Assembly: GCA_013265495.1 (NCBI GenBank)
Contig: MU058213.1
Location: 2,108,001 to 2,172,000 of the forward strand
Source: Vicugna vicugna
Lineage: Eukaryota
Direction of reading: 5' to 3'
DNA length: 64,000 nt
Shown piece by piece: positions 12,712 through 25,599 of the stretch. Every line of letters begins with the position of its first letter. Within the stretch, counting starts at the first letter, position 1. A program made the translations under genes and the position numbers. The notes below the pieces were generated by a model, which worked only from the letters and a program-made list of their open reading frames with translations, had not been told where the DNA came from and did not search any database.

Positions 12712-14239
12712 TCATTATTTCCATTTGTGTTTGTGTATAACTAATTTTATAATATATCAGACATAAATGTCTCATGATGAGAAGTCAGAATTATTCATAT
12801 TGGTTAAGTCTTGATGACTTGTATGGCCCTTTGAAAAAAGACATTTCAACACTTTTTTTTCACACTTTGGCACTTTTCTACCATTTGGTAGGATAGCAGA
12901 GCTAATTGAAACGTAATTTACATTTATTTTAAGTGGATTTGCTGGTGGCGACCCACTCTCTTCCCAAAACTTTGTCAAATCCATATACCAAAAAAACAGT
13001 TTTGGTGGGGAGGTGAGTATAATAATATTCCCGAGATTGTGATTTATGAGTTGGCATGCTCTCTACGGAGGTTATTAAGGATTAAATAGTTGGACAGCCT
13101 TTGGAATAATACCATTCTCCACTGGTGATTATGTTACTTTAAAGAAATATAGACACTCTGATCATCTTTTTTAATATCCAGTTAATCTGGGAAGAGCTAC
13201 AACATATCTAAGAAGAGCAATCTTGCAGGAAAATATATAATCAAGAGCCAGCAATTGACTTTTTTAAAATTTAAAATATCACAAATTTATTATCTTACAT
13301 AGATGACCTTGGAAAAGGGCAAAGCAGCTGGTGGTGGATGTGGGTTGCAGGCTGTAACCTTGGGAGCCTCAAAAATGGAGAATTGGTTTCTTTTCACTTC
13401 TGACATCAAACATCGTTGCTGTTTTCTTTGCAATAGTTCCCCTTGACATCAGTCATAGCCCTGCGAGGGCTGACAACTAGAACACATTTCTCAGGTTTTT
13501 GGGTAGAGTCTCAAGCAAAAGATAATTCTTAAAAGACAACTGTCTTTGTTGTATCAAATTCAAGAGTTACTTTAATTTTCTGAACCCAAAAGGAGAGAGC
13601 CAAATGCCATTTCAGGTCTATCACAGGTCCTCTTGTAGAAATGTTGGTAAAGCAGTTAAATGCACAAATGACAGAAATGATAGTTATTGGTTCCATTATT
13701 GCTATTTTATGCAGACAGAATATGTTTTCTCTAGATTTTTATGACAAATTTTTTTTTTTAGTCATAATACAGGACTGTTATTTGCCAAAGAAGTTATATT
13801 TGTTTTTGACTGTGGCGGAAATCTCAGAGGAAGAATTCCCAGGCTCCGTTTTACTTTTAAGAAGTACATAAACCTGAAGAGTACATTTTTTCTTTCAAAA
13901 CAGGTTTTGTTTTGACTTTGAAAGCCTCAGACTTCCATAAAACATTATATTTGGAATAATTGTGTAAAATATTTCAGGGTATTGGTATTTATCTTTTTTT
14001 TTTCATAATTCTGTGCAAAAAATCCTAGGGAAAGTCTGAGGATAGATTTATTGAATTTTCTCTCTATTGTTTCCAGTTTTGTAAGTTGTCTTGATGCAGA
14101 GGTCTGCAGGAAACACTTTGGGTCCTGTTCACAGCTGATCTGGGTGTCCATGAGGCCAGTCAAGACCAGCATTGCTCTTACAATGGTTAATAACAGAGGA
14201 TAGCACAGAGCTTAGGGCGGGAAGGGATGGTCCAAATCA

Positions 14240-14380
14240 ACTACATAATCCTGTCCTTTTTTCAGGAAACTGAGGGGCAGGGAGACAAAGGGACCTGTCA
14301 AGGTCATGTGATTGCTAGTGTCAGAGCTGGGATCCAGGCAGACTGGCTCCCATATTCTCAGTCATTTCCCAGGATCCTTT
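14240..14380 (-). mobile_element. MIR
   Basis: ggaaactgagggg..caaggtcatgtgattgctagtgtcagagctgggatc. Confidence 0.75.
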
Positions 14381-14659
14381 TACTTCATTCTGGACTTGCT
14401 TCCATTCCATTCCTTCTAACTGGTCCCTGGCTTTGACCAGGCCACAGTTTTGGCCTCAGTCCTGCCATTTTGTTATATTGTCTGAATGGTATTTCCCCAT
14501 CTGGAGCCTTGGCATCCCCTGAGTGGTTTTGACTTGGATGGAGCCCTCCAGAGGTTTTATTTCCAGACAACCCTGAGGACTCCCTCTCCACCTGTTGGCA
14601 TTTATCACTGCTGCTGCTGTCCTGCTCCCAACATGACCACACTGCATTCAGCTCCTCTT

Positions 14660-14860
14660 CTCTGTCAGGCATTGTGCTTAGCACCTTCCAAAAAAACAAG
14701 CTCATGTACTCCACACAACAGCTCTTGAAGGTGGGTATTTTACCACCTGACAGCAGAGGAAATCAAAGCTCAGAGAAGTTAAATCATGTCCTCATCTTAG
14801 ATTGCTGAGTGTCAACTGAGATTAAAACTCAGGAATGTCCAAATCCCATTCTCTTTACAC
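14660..14860 (-). mobile_element. MIR
   Basis: tgtcaggcattgtgct..acaacagctcttgaaggtggg..gaggaaatcaaagctcagagaagttaa. Confidence 0.8.
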
Positions 14861-15514
14861 AACACCCTTCAGTCCTAGTGTGAAATGCTTAAAGCTTGAA
14901 TTTTAGTAACAAATCATTGTAAATTGCACTGCTTGGGCACTCCAGTTCCCACTGATTTGCTCTGTCAAATATCTGTAACACATGAGGCTTCCCTCTTTGG
15001 GCTCATCTGCTAGGTGCTAGGACGTCCCTGCTTGATGTGTTTCAGACTCTGTGTTTGGAATTCTGTTGTTTTCTGGATGTGGGAATGGGAACCATTAAAT
15101 ATCACTCTATTGGCTGAAATAGTCACTCCTTTTGGCTGAAACAGTAACTTCCTGATTGAAACTCCAGCTAGAAATAGACCCACCAATGGCAAGATCATAG
15201 AATGCCCTGGTACCTTTGATGTAAAAAACATTTCCATCTTCTTCCCTACTCCCATTTCTGTAGCTCAAGGGACAAATTCCCTGTTAAATCATCTCACATT
15301 CACTGTCATGGTCAGAAGAAGTCAATTGTAGCCTTTGTTCCAATAGCTGCCAAAGGTATTGGTGTCTTGTTAGCTAAAGTGACTTGCATCTACCCACCTT
15401 GCCTTACCTTGTTGGCGGCTCCTTAGATAGAAAAATACTTAGAATGTGCTTAAGTGGCAGCCTTACATTATGTATTTCCTGGTAGGATGCTTCATTGCAA
15501 GAATGGAAAAATAG

Positions 15515-15710
15515 TCATTAATTGAGTCTTACTAGATGCATATAAATAAGCTAAAAATGTTCCAATGTATCACTTCAGTTTCTCCCCACAGTAATTGTGT
15601 GAAGTATGGAATTTTATTTTAGAGAGACGTTAAATCACTTATTCAAGATCACACAATTAGAAATGGGGGCTGTTGGCATTTGAATCTAGGTGAGACGGAC
15701 TCTGTATATT
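15515..15710 (-). mobile_element. MIR
   Basis: agagacgttaaatcacttattcaagatcacacaattagaaat..gcatttgaatctagg. Confidence 0.75.
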
Positions 15711-16203
15711 ATTAGGCTACCTCTGAAGACTCCAGAGTCCTGGGGCCCCAGCCTCTGTCATTCTGTCTGTCATTACTCTCATCCTATGAGAGTTAGACAG
15801 GGACTCTGGCTTCAGAAATTCTAATCAGAATCTTCACTTACCTTTGAATTCTTTTATCCCTGTTTACCAAAGAGTGGTGATTTACATTACTCTGAATTAA
15901 AAATCTGTGGCTTCCTATAGTTTCCATTTTTTTCACTGTACTCAGTGGCTGGACAGGTTTTTGGTGAAGAACGATGCTCCCTGCTGTGGCGAGCCCCTGG
16001 TGCATGTGGGAGCTGACACTTCCCCATTGGCACAGAGCCAGTAGCTTCTTCCTGGTTTGATGAAAAACCAAGGTAGTACCTGTTTTATCTATGTGCTGAG
16101 TCCCAAGGGGAAAAAAATCCAGCTGACTAATTCTTCTTTCTTTGAATTGGTAGCTCCAAACCTGACTTGAAAAGGAAGAGAATTCTAATTCAAACTATTG
16201 GAC

Positions 16204-16254
16204 TCTCAGCCTCTCTCCTCCTCCCCTCCCCACTCCCTCCTGCTTTCCTCCCCT
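16204..16254. repeat. Polypyrimidine (C/T-rich) tract
   Basis: ctctctcctcctcccctccccactccctcctgctttcctcccct. Confidence 0.8.
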
Positions 16255-16420
16255 ATGGCTAGTTCTACCCAGACCTCAGGCCCACACGGCCAGTGTGCTC
16301 CCAGTCTTCTTTTTAAAAGACATTTCTTTCTATGAAGCTGAAGATAAACTATATATATATTTATATTTATATATATATAAATAATCCAGGTCACCTTTGT
16401 AAACTTGGATTTCTTTTTCT

Positions 16421-16644
16421 TTTTTTTTTTCTCTGTGATTTATCATAACATTTTGTGTATATTTCCCTGTGCTATACAGTGTAATCTTGTTTATCTATTC
16501 TACAATTTTGAAATCCCAGTCTATCCCTTCCCACCCTCTACCCCCCACCGGTAACCACAAGTCTGTATTCTCTGTCCATGAGTCTATTTCTGTCCTGTAT
16601 TTATGCTTTGTTTTTGTTTGTTTGTTTGTTTTTGTTTTTTAGAT
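16421..16644 (-). mobile_element. Young L1 3' UTR fragment with perfect 16-bp TSD
   Basis: TTGGATTTCTTTTTCT at 16405-16420 and 16645-16660; body homologous to about 52335-52550. Confidence 0.92.
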
Positions 16645-18857
16645 TTGGATTTCTTTTTCTGAAAAGCAAGGTTAGACTGAAAATATTACAGGATTCAATA
16701 TGTTTCTCAAGCTGGTTAAAATAATTGAATCTTAATGAACAGTTTATTAACTCTGTGTAAAATTTCAGCAGTGGCCTCACCAGCCACAAGGTACCACCTC
16801 TGTCCACCAGTGTGAGGCAGGAATTTATTGCCATTCTTCAGTTTCTATCAGTGCAGAGCATCCTTCTGTCCACTTCCTGTTCATGGACATCCCATTCTCT
16901 TGACAATTCCTTTATTTGTTTCTCAGTCACCTATTTGTACTCTTTGCTTATACCCTCAGGGGCTGGCCAGGAGCTTCTGCTCCAGACTTTCCCCTGACTG
17001 ACTCCCTGCCTAAAGCTGGTCCTGACCAAACTTGTTGCAGATTTCACCAACCTTACTCAGTTTAACCAATGTTTGTTTAGTGCTGGCAGTATGCAAGCCT
17101 GCGTTGGTTGCTGTGTTTCCATTCTAGGAATACAACTTCACTCAGGAGAAAGTTTTTTAGAAAGAAAACCTAGGTAATTTTATTAATCCTTCTCCCCTTT
17201 TGAAGGTCTTTTATATTTTTCTCAATAACCAAATAAAAATAACCTAAAAGATAAGCTTTCTTCTATATTATTAAGAATCTTGATAAGAAAGTATGTATAT
17301 ATATGACATGTGACTTATATAGTTTAAGGCTTACAAAAAGAAGAAATACAGTTATCTGCTGGGTTCTACATTTTGTACATTGTTTTCAAGAGTATCCATG
17401 TCTTAGTCATGAGGATTAGAATTCTAAAAAACTTCCATTTTGTGTTTAGAGAATTTGATAAGACATTAAAAAAACAGTTGGATAATTGAGGTTACATATG
17501 AATTATGAACGTATTTATTAATATAATTTATGGTCTTTAAAGTAATGCAGTAAAGACAGCATATTAAATAAAGAGGAAGTCAATAGTTTACATATCTTAA
17601 ATTAGTAGTTATGGGTAATAAACCATTCCTTGCTCAAAGAAGCCTGCTTTAGGATTTTGTTCCTCCAAGTTCTAAATGAGATACTGACTAACTTGTTTAG
17701 CTTTGTTGTTTATAATATGCGATTATTCTCCTATTCTGGTATTTTTCTAAAAGCTGTGGAGTGGAATTGTTGACTTCTGCCTTCTGGGTCCCACAGTGAT
17801 TCCAGAAACACAGAGTAATAAATGACTAAGATGAAACAAATAAATAAAACATTTGGAATTCTTTAGCACAGCTAAGTAAGCATCTCTCAACCCTGATACA
17901 TTATTCACTCCTAGGTCTTTTACTGACCACTTTAGGCCAAAGCACATAGTGGAAGCTCTTCTTTCGTGTCTCTTTCTTCTCTCCTAAAAGATCCTTAAAC
18001 AGAATTTTAAAGCTCAGGGTTACTGTCCCTCGGATTTCTTAATGTCTCATTGGCAGTAGTACATCCCCTCCCCCCCACATCCAGTTCAATGTCACTTCTT
18101 ATATGAAAACATTGTGAACTACCCATTCAAATTTGGAAATTCCCTTTATGGAATCCCACTTATCTTATTCTTACTTCTGGTGCAGTTACCTTGGTAGTTA
18201 TCCTGTTCATCTTCTTTATGTTATAAGCTTTTCAAGCACTGTGCTTCTTCATCTTGTTTATCCAGCAGCATCTGTCGAGGATGTTGCAGGCAGTGGCTAT
18301 TTAAGAAACACTGGCCGAAAGAATTATAGAGTTACTGTTTAGTACCATTGTATTAGCAATGGAAAGTCAATATTTATTGTTCAGAAAATAATGAGCAAAG
18401 TATGCCCTTTCTCTAATATGTGATTGCTTCTTTTCGATTTCATGATATATTGATTGATCCATATTCACTTGCTATTTTTGTATTTCAAAAATTGACAAAA
18501 GTTGAAAATTTCATTGACAATTTCATTTGCTTCAACTTATGCTATTATTAAAATTTCCCTTTTTCGATGTTTTATAGGCATTTATGTATCTTTTGGACAC
18601 TCAGATATAGCAACTGTTAATTTTTTGGATTCCAAGAAAATTTTTATAGTACAGAATCTAATTTGTGAGCATTCAAACCAGTGTATCTGAACACTTTTTT
18701 TCCTTTTACTTTTTTCTAAATAAGCTGTATCTCTTTATAGTGATAAAGTTAATTTGTCCTCAAAATTTCAAAAGCATACGAGATTTTATGTGAATGGAAG
18801 CATTTTTTTCTGAAGAGTTTCAAAGTCAGTAATCTTTGTTTTTGTTTTTATTCATTT

Positions 18858-19054
18858 TTTTATTGAAGTATGGTTGATTTACACTGTTGTGTTTGTTTCT
18901 GGTATACAGCATAGTAATTCAGTTATACATACATTTATATTCTTTTTCATGTACTGAATTCTTTTTCGTTATAGATTATTACAAGCTATGAATATAGTTC
19001 TCTGTGCTACACAGTAAGGCCTTGTTGTTTTTCTACTCTGTATATAGTGGTTTG
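18858..19054 (-). mobile_element. L1 3' end with 16-bp TSD (1 mismatch)
   Basis: TSD ttgtttt(t/c)attcattt at 18842-18857 and 19055-19070; target reads TT/AAAT on minus; body tattgaagtatggttgatttacac. Confidence 0.9.
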
Positions 19055-19229
19055 TTGTTTTCATTCATTTAAAAAAATTGTTTAGGGTATATGGAGAGAA
19101 TGGACTTTTTCCCATTCAGTTATGTTTTCCCCTTTTGTGTACATTAGAAATTTATTTGGGAAAAGAATGTATGGATATTGGAGTTTTGTGCCTTTCCAGT
19201 TTGACATGGAATCTCTTTCGTCAATCTTA

Positions 19230-19838
19230 AGCTTCCTATATTACAAACCGAACCACTGATCTGCCCCTCCCCAAAACCTTCCTTATCTCAACTGATGACA
19301 ACTTCATTTTTCCAACTGACCAGGCTAAAAAACATGGGATCATTACTGGATCCTCTTTCATTCACATTCCACATCTGCTCAATCAGAAATTCTCCTTTGA
19401 CTCTACCTTCACTTCCCCTTCTCCCACCCTCGCTCCATCCACCATTATTTCCTATCTGCATTACTACAGTGGCTGCCAGTAAAATCTCCTTGCTTCTCTT
19501 TTTGTTCATTTATTCCCTATTCTTAAAATGTAATCAGAGTAAAGCTTTTAAGACATGAGTCCGATTATGTTACTCTTTTACTCAAAACCTTACCGTGGCT
19601 CTTCATTTCAGTCAGAGTGGAAGCCAGAGTCCTTACCATAATCTACAAGATTCTGAATGATCTACCCCCTCCTCCTGCAGCCCTCTCTTACTTATTCACT
19701 TGTTTCATTCTGTTTCACCTCTCAACCTTCCTGCCATCACTTGAACATGCCCAGCGCTCTCCCGTTGAGGGCAAAAATCCAAACAGGGTCCTCACACAGA
19801 AGTAAGTGCTCAATTGATATTTGTTGAATTAAATTGAA
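19230..19838 (+). mobile_element. L2 3' region
   Basis: caggctaaaaacatgggatcattactggatcctc..ctcaaaaccttaccgtggct..agtaagtgctcaattgatatttgttgaat. Confidence 0.85.
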
Positions 19839-19940
19839 GTTACTTTCAGTTGGTAGCTATTATGATAAGATTTAGGACTTGGGAATTATCTCGTAGCATC
19901 TAACAATACACAAGCTCCTTCCTCTTTCAAATACCTTTTT

Positions 19941-20087
19941 TAAAAAAATTATTTATTTTATTATTATTTGGGGAGGGGAGGGAGAGAATTAGGTTTATTC
20001 GTTTCTTTAATGGCAATACCAAGGATTGAACCCAGGACCTCATGCATGCTAAGCATGCGCTTTACTACTTGAGCTATACCCTCCCCC
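19941..20087 (-). mobile_element. tRNA-derived camelid SINE (Vic-1-like)
   Basis: Minus strand begins GGGGGAGGGTATAGCTCAAGTAGT (A box), then GGTTCAATCC (B box) and an A-rich tail; TSD tcaaata(c/t)cttttt at 19927-19940 and 20088-20101. Confidence 0.92.
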
Positions 20088-20867
20088 TCAAATATCTTTT
20101 TTTTTCCCCAGCTGATGATGTAGGCTCAGGAGGACTTCCATGGTATATTTTGAAAGATAAATAAGATTTGGAACAGCATACGTATCTTAATTATTAGAAT
20201 TACAGACAAGCGTGTTATTTGGAGAATTGTAGGAAGACTTTCTTAATTCTATAAAATGATTTGATATAGTTGTCCATGATCAAATTAGAGAGTTACAAGG
20301 ATGGATTTATTTACAGTTATCTCCAGGATGCCATCTGCCTATTTTAATTTAGTGGAGAGTTTAAAAGATAGATTGTTTGATAAATGCATAGCTACAAGTT
20401 TTGATTTTTGTAATTCATTCATAAACATGGTAATATTGGCAAGTAGCCTGAATGTTAAAACCTTTATTTTTGACCACTGATAAATAAATTATAACACCGT
20501 CTACAAGAATTTGTGAAAGATTTGCTATGTTTTTTTGAATGCCATTTCATAAGGTAGCAAGTAATTTTATTTTCTCAAGAATTATAGAGCACAGCATTAT
20601 CTTGGCTTCTTTGATGACCAGTGTAAGAATCTACATTTATATTTGCCGATGCTTGAAGTACTTCATATTGGGGTGATGACTTTCTTAATTTATGAATTTA
20701 TTGTTTCCTGGGGGCACTGTGAGTTATAAATACAAACATTGCATTTAGAGGTTTAATGTTGATGACAAATGATTTGTTCATAACAACTAAGTTTTAATCA
20801 TTAGAGTATCTTCCAGTTATGGTGAGCATTCAATTTTTGGTTAAGAATTTTCATTTATAGCCTAAAA

Positions 20868-20902
20868 GGTTGTTTTTTGTTTTTGTTTTTGTTTTTGTTT
20901 TT
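20868..20902. repeat. (GTTTTT)n simple repeat
   Basis: Read directly. Confidence 0.85.
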
Positions 20903-20934
20903 CAATAGGGTCTCTGTAAGGCTTGGGCATATTT

Positions 20935-21295
20935 CTTTTTTTTAATGACATATATCTGACACACAATATTCTATTAGTTTCATGTTTACAACATAGTGAT
21001 TTGACACTTGTATCTCACATCTTCTTTATCCATCTATCCCACAATGATGGACACTTAAGCTGCTTCCATATTTTGGTATTGTAAATAATGCTGCAATGTA
21101 TATTGGGGAGCACTTAATTTTTTAAATTAGTGTTTTTGTTTTTTTTAGATAGAGACCTAGAAGTAGAAACTGGATCATATGGTAGTTCTATTTTTAATTT
21201 ACTGAGGAACCTTCGTACTGTTTTACATAGTGGCTGCACCAATTACAGTCCTACCATCAGTGCCCAAGTGTTCCGTTCTCTCCACATTCCGACCT
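20935..21295 (-). mobile_element. L1 3' fragment (ORF2 C-terminus plus 3' end, internally deleted)
   Basis: gatggacacttaagctgcttccat..ggatcatatggtagttctatttttaattt..catagtggctgcaccaatt. Confidence 0.9.
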
Positions 21296-21399
21296 ATAGA
21301 GTGCCTTTATTTAAGCAAAAGGCAAAGGCACAATTTAATGAAAACAATTCTCTGAGAGGCTAGATATGATATGATAGATTAGAGAGATAAGTTAGGGAG

Positions 21400-21997
21400 A
21401 TAAGATATGGTTATTTCAAAGAGACACTGGAGTCAACCTAAAGAGCCAAATGGCTAAATCTATGAAAATTTGAGCAACAGAATAAAGTAACATTTGATTA
21501 TTATCCAGAGTATAAAGTAAATGTCTATGAGATAATACTGATACAAGGAAATAATTGACTAAATTAGTAATTGGGAGAAAAAACACAATGTCTCATGTAG
21601 AAGGTCTGTAAATAATTGTTGAAGTAACTCCACCTTAAAGGAGGGGGAGTATAATTCTTTATTCCTTAAGTGTGGTTACACTTAGTGACTTCCTTCCAAA
21701 GAATACAGTACTTTAAGAAAGGGGTGGTTAACTTTACAGTGGAGAAAATTTAAATAAACACTATTTGAGCCAGATGATCAAGATCAATATCACCAGATAT
21801 AAATCACTTTGATAGCATGGGATCTTGGTATGATGTAATGAAGTTGACACTTTACATCTGATTTTCCTCCCACAAACCTGTAGTTCTGTCTTATCATGAG
21901 AAAAGCATCAGACACAATGCAATATGGGAACTCTCTGTACTGTCTTCTCAATTTTGTAAATATAAACCTGTTTTTAAAAAACAGTTTATTTAAAAAC
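21400..21997 (+). mobile_element. L1MC/L1MD-type 3' UTR
   Basis: ccttaagtgtgg..agtgacttccttccaaaga..aactttacagtggagaaa..atgggaactctctgtactgtctt. Confidence 0.85.
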
Positions 21998-23435
21998 CTG
22001 ACTACCTTAAAAATATCCATTATCATCCACATCCTGATAATCCTTTCTTATTTAATGTTTATTCTGTTTATTATTCTGCTCTTGCATAGTATTATATTGA
22101 TAATTATAATGCTTCCAAATTCAAATATTATGTGTAATTATCCAGTGAACATTTTCATGGATAAAGCTTTTTCTCTTGTCAAGGATTATTTCTTAAAGGT
22201 GGTTCCCTAGAAATGAAATTATCATGTCAGTAGGCAATGATCTTTGTCTTATGAAGGATGAATGTAGAAGATTTAGACATGGTCTGATATTGCTTAAATC
22301 TTAGATGCTATAATTGAATGTTCATTAATTGACAAAATAAAAACATTTTTTGTAAAATGTATTTCAGAATGCATCCCTAAACATAATTAAAATATATCCC
22401 AGTCTAAGTAAGCTGCATATCTAACTAATAATACACATAATCCCTTGTAGATGAGATTTGTGCTCTCCAGCTGCCTGTGAGATTTGAATGTGTGCAGATA
22501 GCTAAAGAATGAACACTGCTTTTTGTGTTCCTTAGGAGTTATAGATGAGAAGGATTAACTCATCTCTGAATTCATTATATCATTAATATTTCCACCAGTT
22601 TTATGTCTACTACAAAGTCTTCAAATGTTTGAGAAATCACTGTTCTTTGTTGAACATTGAAAGCATCAACTAAGACTGTCAATCTATTGTTAAATCTTAA
22701 GTCTTTAACAAAGATAGGGTTCTAGCGCAATGCAAAAAAATTAAGAATGAATGTGAAGGTGAAATTGAGGCTATTTAGTCCAATATTTTTCAAGTTTTAG
22801 CATTTCTTTGAGATTCTTTGGAGCTCTGCAACTATTTTATTTGATTTTTTTCTTAAAAATACATCTGAAACAAATTAAAAATAGAATAAGGAAATAAAAG
22901 CAACATATGAACCTAAATATGCTAATGCCAAATATGATACATTAGTGATCAGCAAGTTAATTTGAATTGCCAACGTAATATACTCTTGTGGAGTCAAGAA
23001 CAATACTTTTCTAGTCATCTATGGGAATATATTTGAATATTTTTTAAACATGTTGATTGATGAGCACATAACTATCATTGTTTCACGTGGTGTTTGATTT
23101 TTATTTACTTGTGGTGAGTGTGAGCAGTGTACTCCTAGAGCCCATATATACAAACCCAGTCAAGCGACAGTGAGTCCAGACCTAATAGTGAATTGTGTGA
23201 ACCTTTCATTGTAGTTTCAGCACTTACTCTTATGTTGAGTGCTACTTTGTGCTTCTGGCTCAGTTTAGTTGATTTCTCTGAGCTTTCGCGGATTGTTTGT
23301 TTTTAAGAAATATCACTTATAAATACTTGTGTATGAATCTTTATTTTCTTCCTAATGCTGGATACCAGTATGAATCTTATTATTACAGTAATACTTTGGA
23401 TGCTGAAGTAGACATACATGTGTACCCCTAAGCAT

Positions 23436-23905
23436 TATGGCAGACTAATTGCTTACTCAATTTCTGCTCTTGTCCTTCTTTCTTAAGTGAACCAGGTTTT
23501 AAGTGAACTGAACATTTTTCAGCAGAGACACTCAATCATCTGAAAAATATGCATGTTTCCCAGCCTTCTGAAAGTTACAGGGGGTGTCTGCTGGGGACCT
23601 CTAGGGAAGTCTGGCTTTCTGAGTGCAGGCGCTATTCTGTATTCACTGGCACTTTCTTTTGCATGCCTGGAATGTGAATGTGAGACAGCTATCTTGCATG
23701 ACAGCCATAAGTATAAAAACCATACCCTAGGAACAGTGAGTAGAAACATTGAAGGCACCCAGGACACCAGTGACATCATGAAACTACTCTACTAGTCCTA
23801 GTCTGCCTACCTCCTACCTTCTTGTAAAATGAAAAATAAATTTTATTCAGGAAAGCTAAATAGTTAATTTGTTTGGGATTTTGTACATGTTATTACTTAA
23901 AAACT
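23436..23905 (+). mobile_element. Old MaLR LTR (MLT1J/K-like)
   Basis: tttcccagccttct..tgcctggaatgtgaatgtga..cagctatcttg..ctgcctacctc..cttcttgt. Confidence 0.75.
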
Positions 23906-24022
23906 GTCGAAATTGCTGATGGAGTCCAGCCTTCTCATTTTGTACAAGTAACTGAGCCTTACTTTTCCTCTTTCACTATATGAAAATTTATCTAGCTATT
24001 TTTCTTCATGGTACCCCAAATC

Positions 24023-24050
24023 TGTATGTATGTATGCATGCATGCATGCA

Positions 24051-24101
<51 letters not shown>
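24023..24101. repeat. Compound (TGTA)n(TGCA)n(TG)n(TATG)n microsatellite, fully alternating purine-pyrimidine
   Basis: 79 nt of uninterrupted R/Y alternation. Confidence 0.95.
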
Positions 24102-24240
24102 TTACTGTCTTCCACACTAGATGTAAGTTCCCTGAGGTTAGGACTAAGTCTTTCTTGTCAATTGTGTATCCCCAGCACTTAGAACCACATCTTGCGCAGG
24201 AGAGATACTCAGTCTTCATCGAATAAATGAATGAGTCAGT
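24102..24240 (+). mobile_element. L2 3' terminus
   Basis: actagatgtaagttccctgagg..gtatccccagcacttagaac..gaataaatgaatga. Confidence 0.85.
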
Positions 24241-24994
24241 GAGCTCTCACAGGGGTCCAGTGACTAGATTAAGAAAATATAAAATAGGAATTAAAATTCA
24301 GTCATCTGATAACTAGTTCAGTAATTCATTACAGTACTTGATGCTTTGAGAGCTCTTTTAAGTCCTTGGGTAGCAATGATAATTCTATGCACACATTTAA
24401 ATAGCACCACATGACAATCCAATTGAATCTACTCACAGTGTCATCAAACTCTTACAGCATCATCTCTTCAGACTTGTCCCTTCATTTAATACTATTTTTG
24501 CCGTATTCCCTGAATTGCTGTTAATTGATAGCTCTCCTTTAAAGGGCTCCATACATGGACCCTTTTCTTGAAAAATCACAAACATACTAGCATATTAAAG
24601 ATTCTTTTATGTACTATAACAAAAAATCAGTTTAACTTTTCCTTAACACTTTCCAAATTTATTATCTCTCTGAATAGCCTGCCTATCTTCATTCCCTAGC
24701 TAACCACTACAAAATCCCAAGGAATTAATGTTGTACTTTATAAATCTGTGGGTCCTGAGCACTGTTGTTCTAGTTGGGCATTTTATGTTCTTCAGTTTCT
24801 CATGATGAAGCCCTGATGAGCATTGGTGTCTGATGATAAAAACCCCGTTCTATACCAGTGTTCTCTTTTGGGGGTAACTTCCAGCTGTGAGAGTCATGTT
24901 GGTCGGTTCAATATAAGAATTTCTAGATCACTTTCTCCTGCTGGCTCTTATAGTCCTAAAAATTCAGCCCAGTCTCCTTTCACACAAAAACGAC

Positions 24995-25070
24995 AGCCGC
25001 CACCACCTCCACCACTTTCTCCGCACCCCCTCCTTTTCCTCCTCCTTCTACTTTTTCTCTTCCTTCTCCT
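24995..25070. repeat. C/T-rich low-complexity tract
   Basis: ccaccacctccacc..cctcctcttctac..ctccttctcc. Confidence 0.75.
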
Positions 25071-25599
25071 AGTATCAAAGTTAGAACTACACTAGTACTT
25101 TTAAGCCAGTCATATTTATCTTTTAAACATGGTCCTAATAAAATTATTTTAAATGATTCTTGTCCACAGACATAAATACACACACACACACACTTTTTTT
25201 TCCTAATAGCCACATGTGTTCTTCAAAAAATTAAAATTTTTCTAAACTGGCTTACTTTGTGGCAGCCTATAGAGGGAGGTCACCATGTCCTGTTCTGATT
25301 CTCTAGGACAGGAGAAATGAATCAAAAGGCATCCGCTTACTGAAGGAGCACACTGTTGACTGGGCTACTTTAAAGTTAACAGGTTTTAAGAAGTGAGTAG
25401 TCAATGTGTTTTAAGAGAACACGGTAGCATTTGTGTTTTAAACCAGTAATGACTTGTTGGCAAATATTGTTGACCTTTATATGAGCAGTTAGGCAAGAGT
25501 ATCAGGAGATTCATTTTCCAGAATATTGTTAAAAGGCCATGATTTAATCAGATACATCTTCGTTTTAATCTACCACTCTCCCAAATTCAAAATGTGAAA

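Noticed and set aside
24550..24730. Possible hAT MITE remnant
   Set aside because: Some resemblance, but I could not fix termini or a family.
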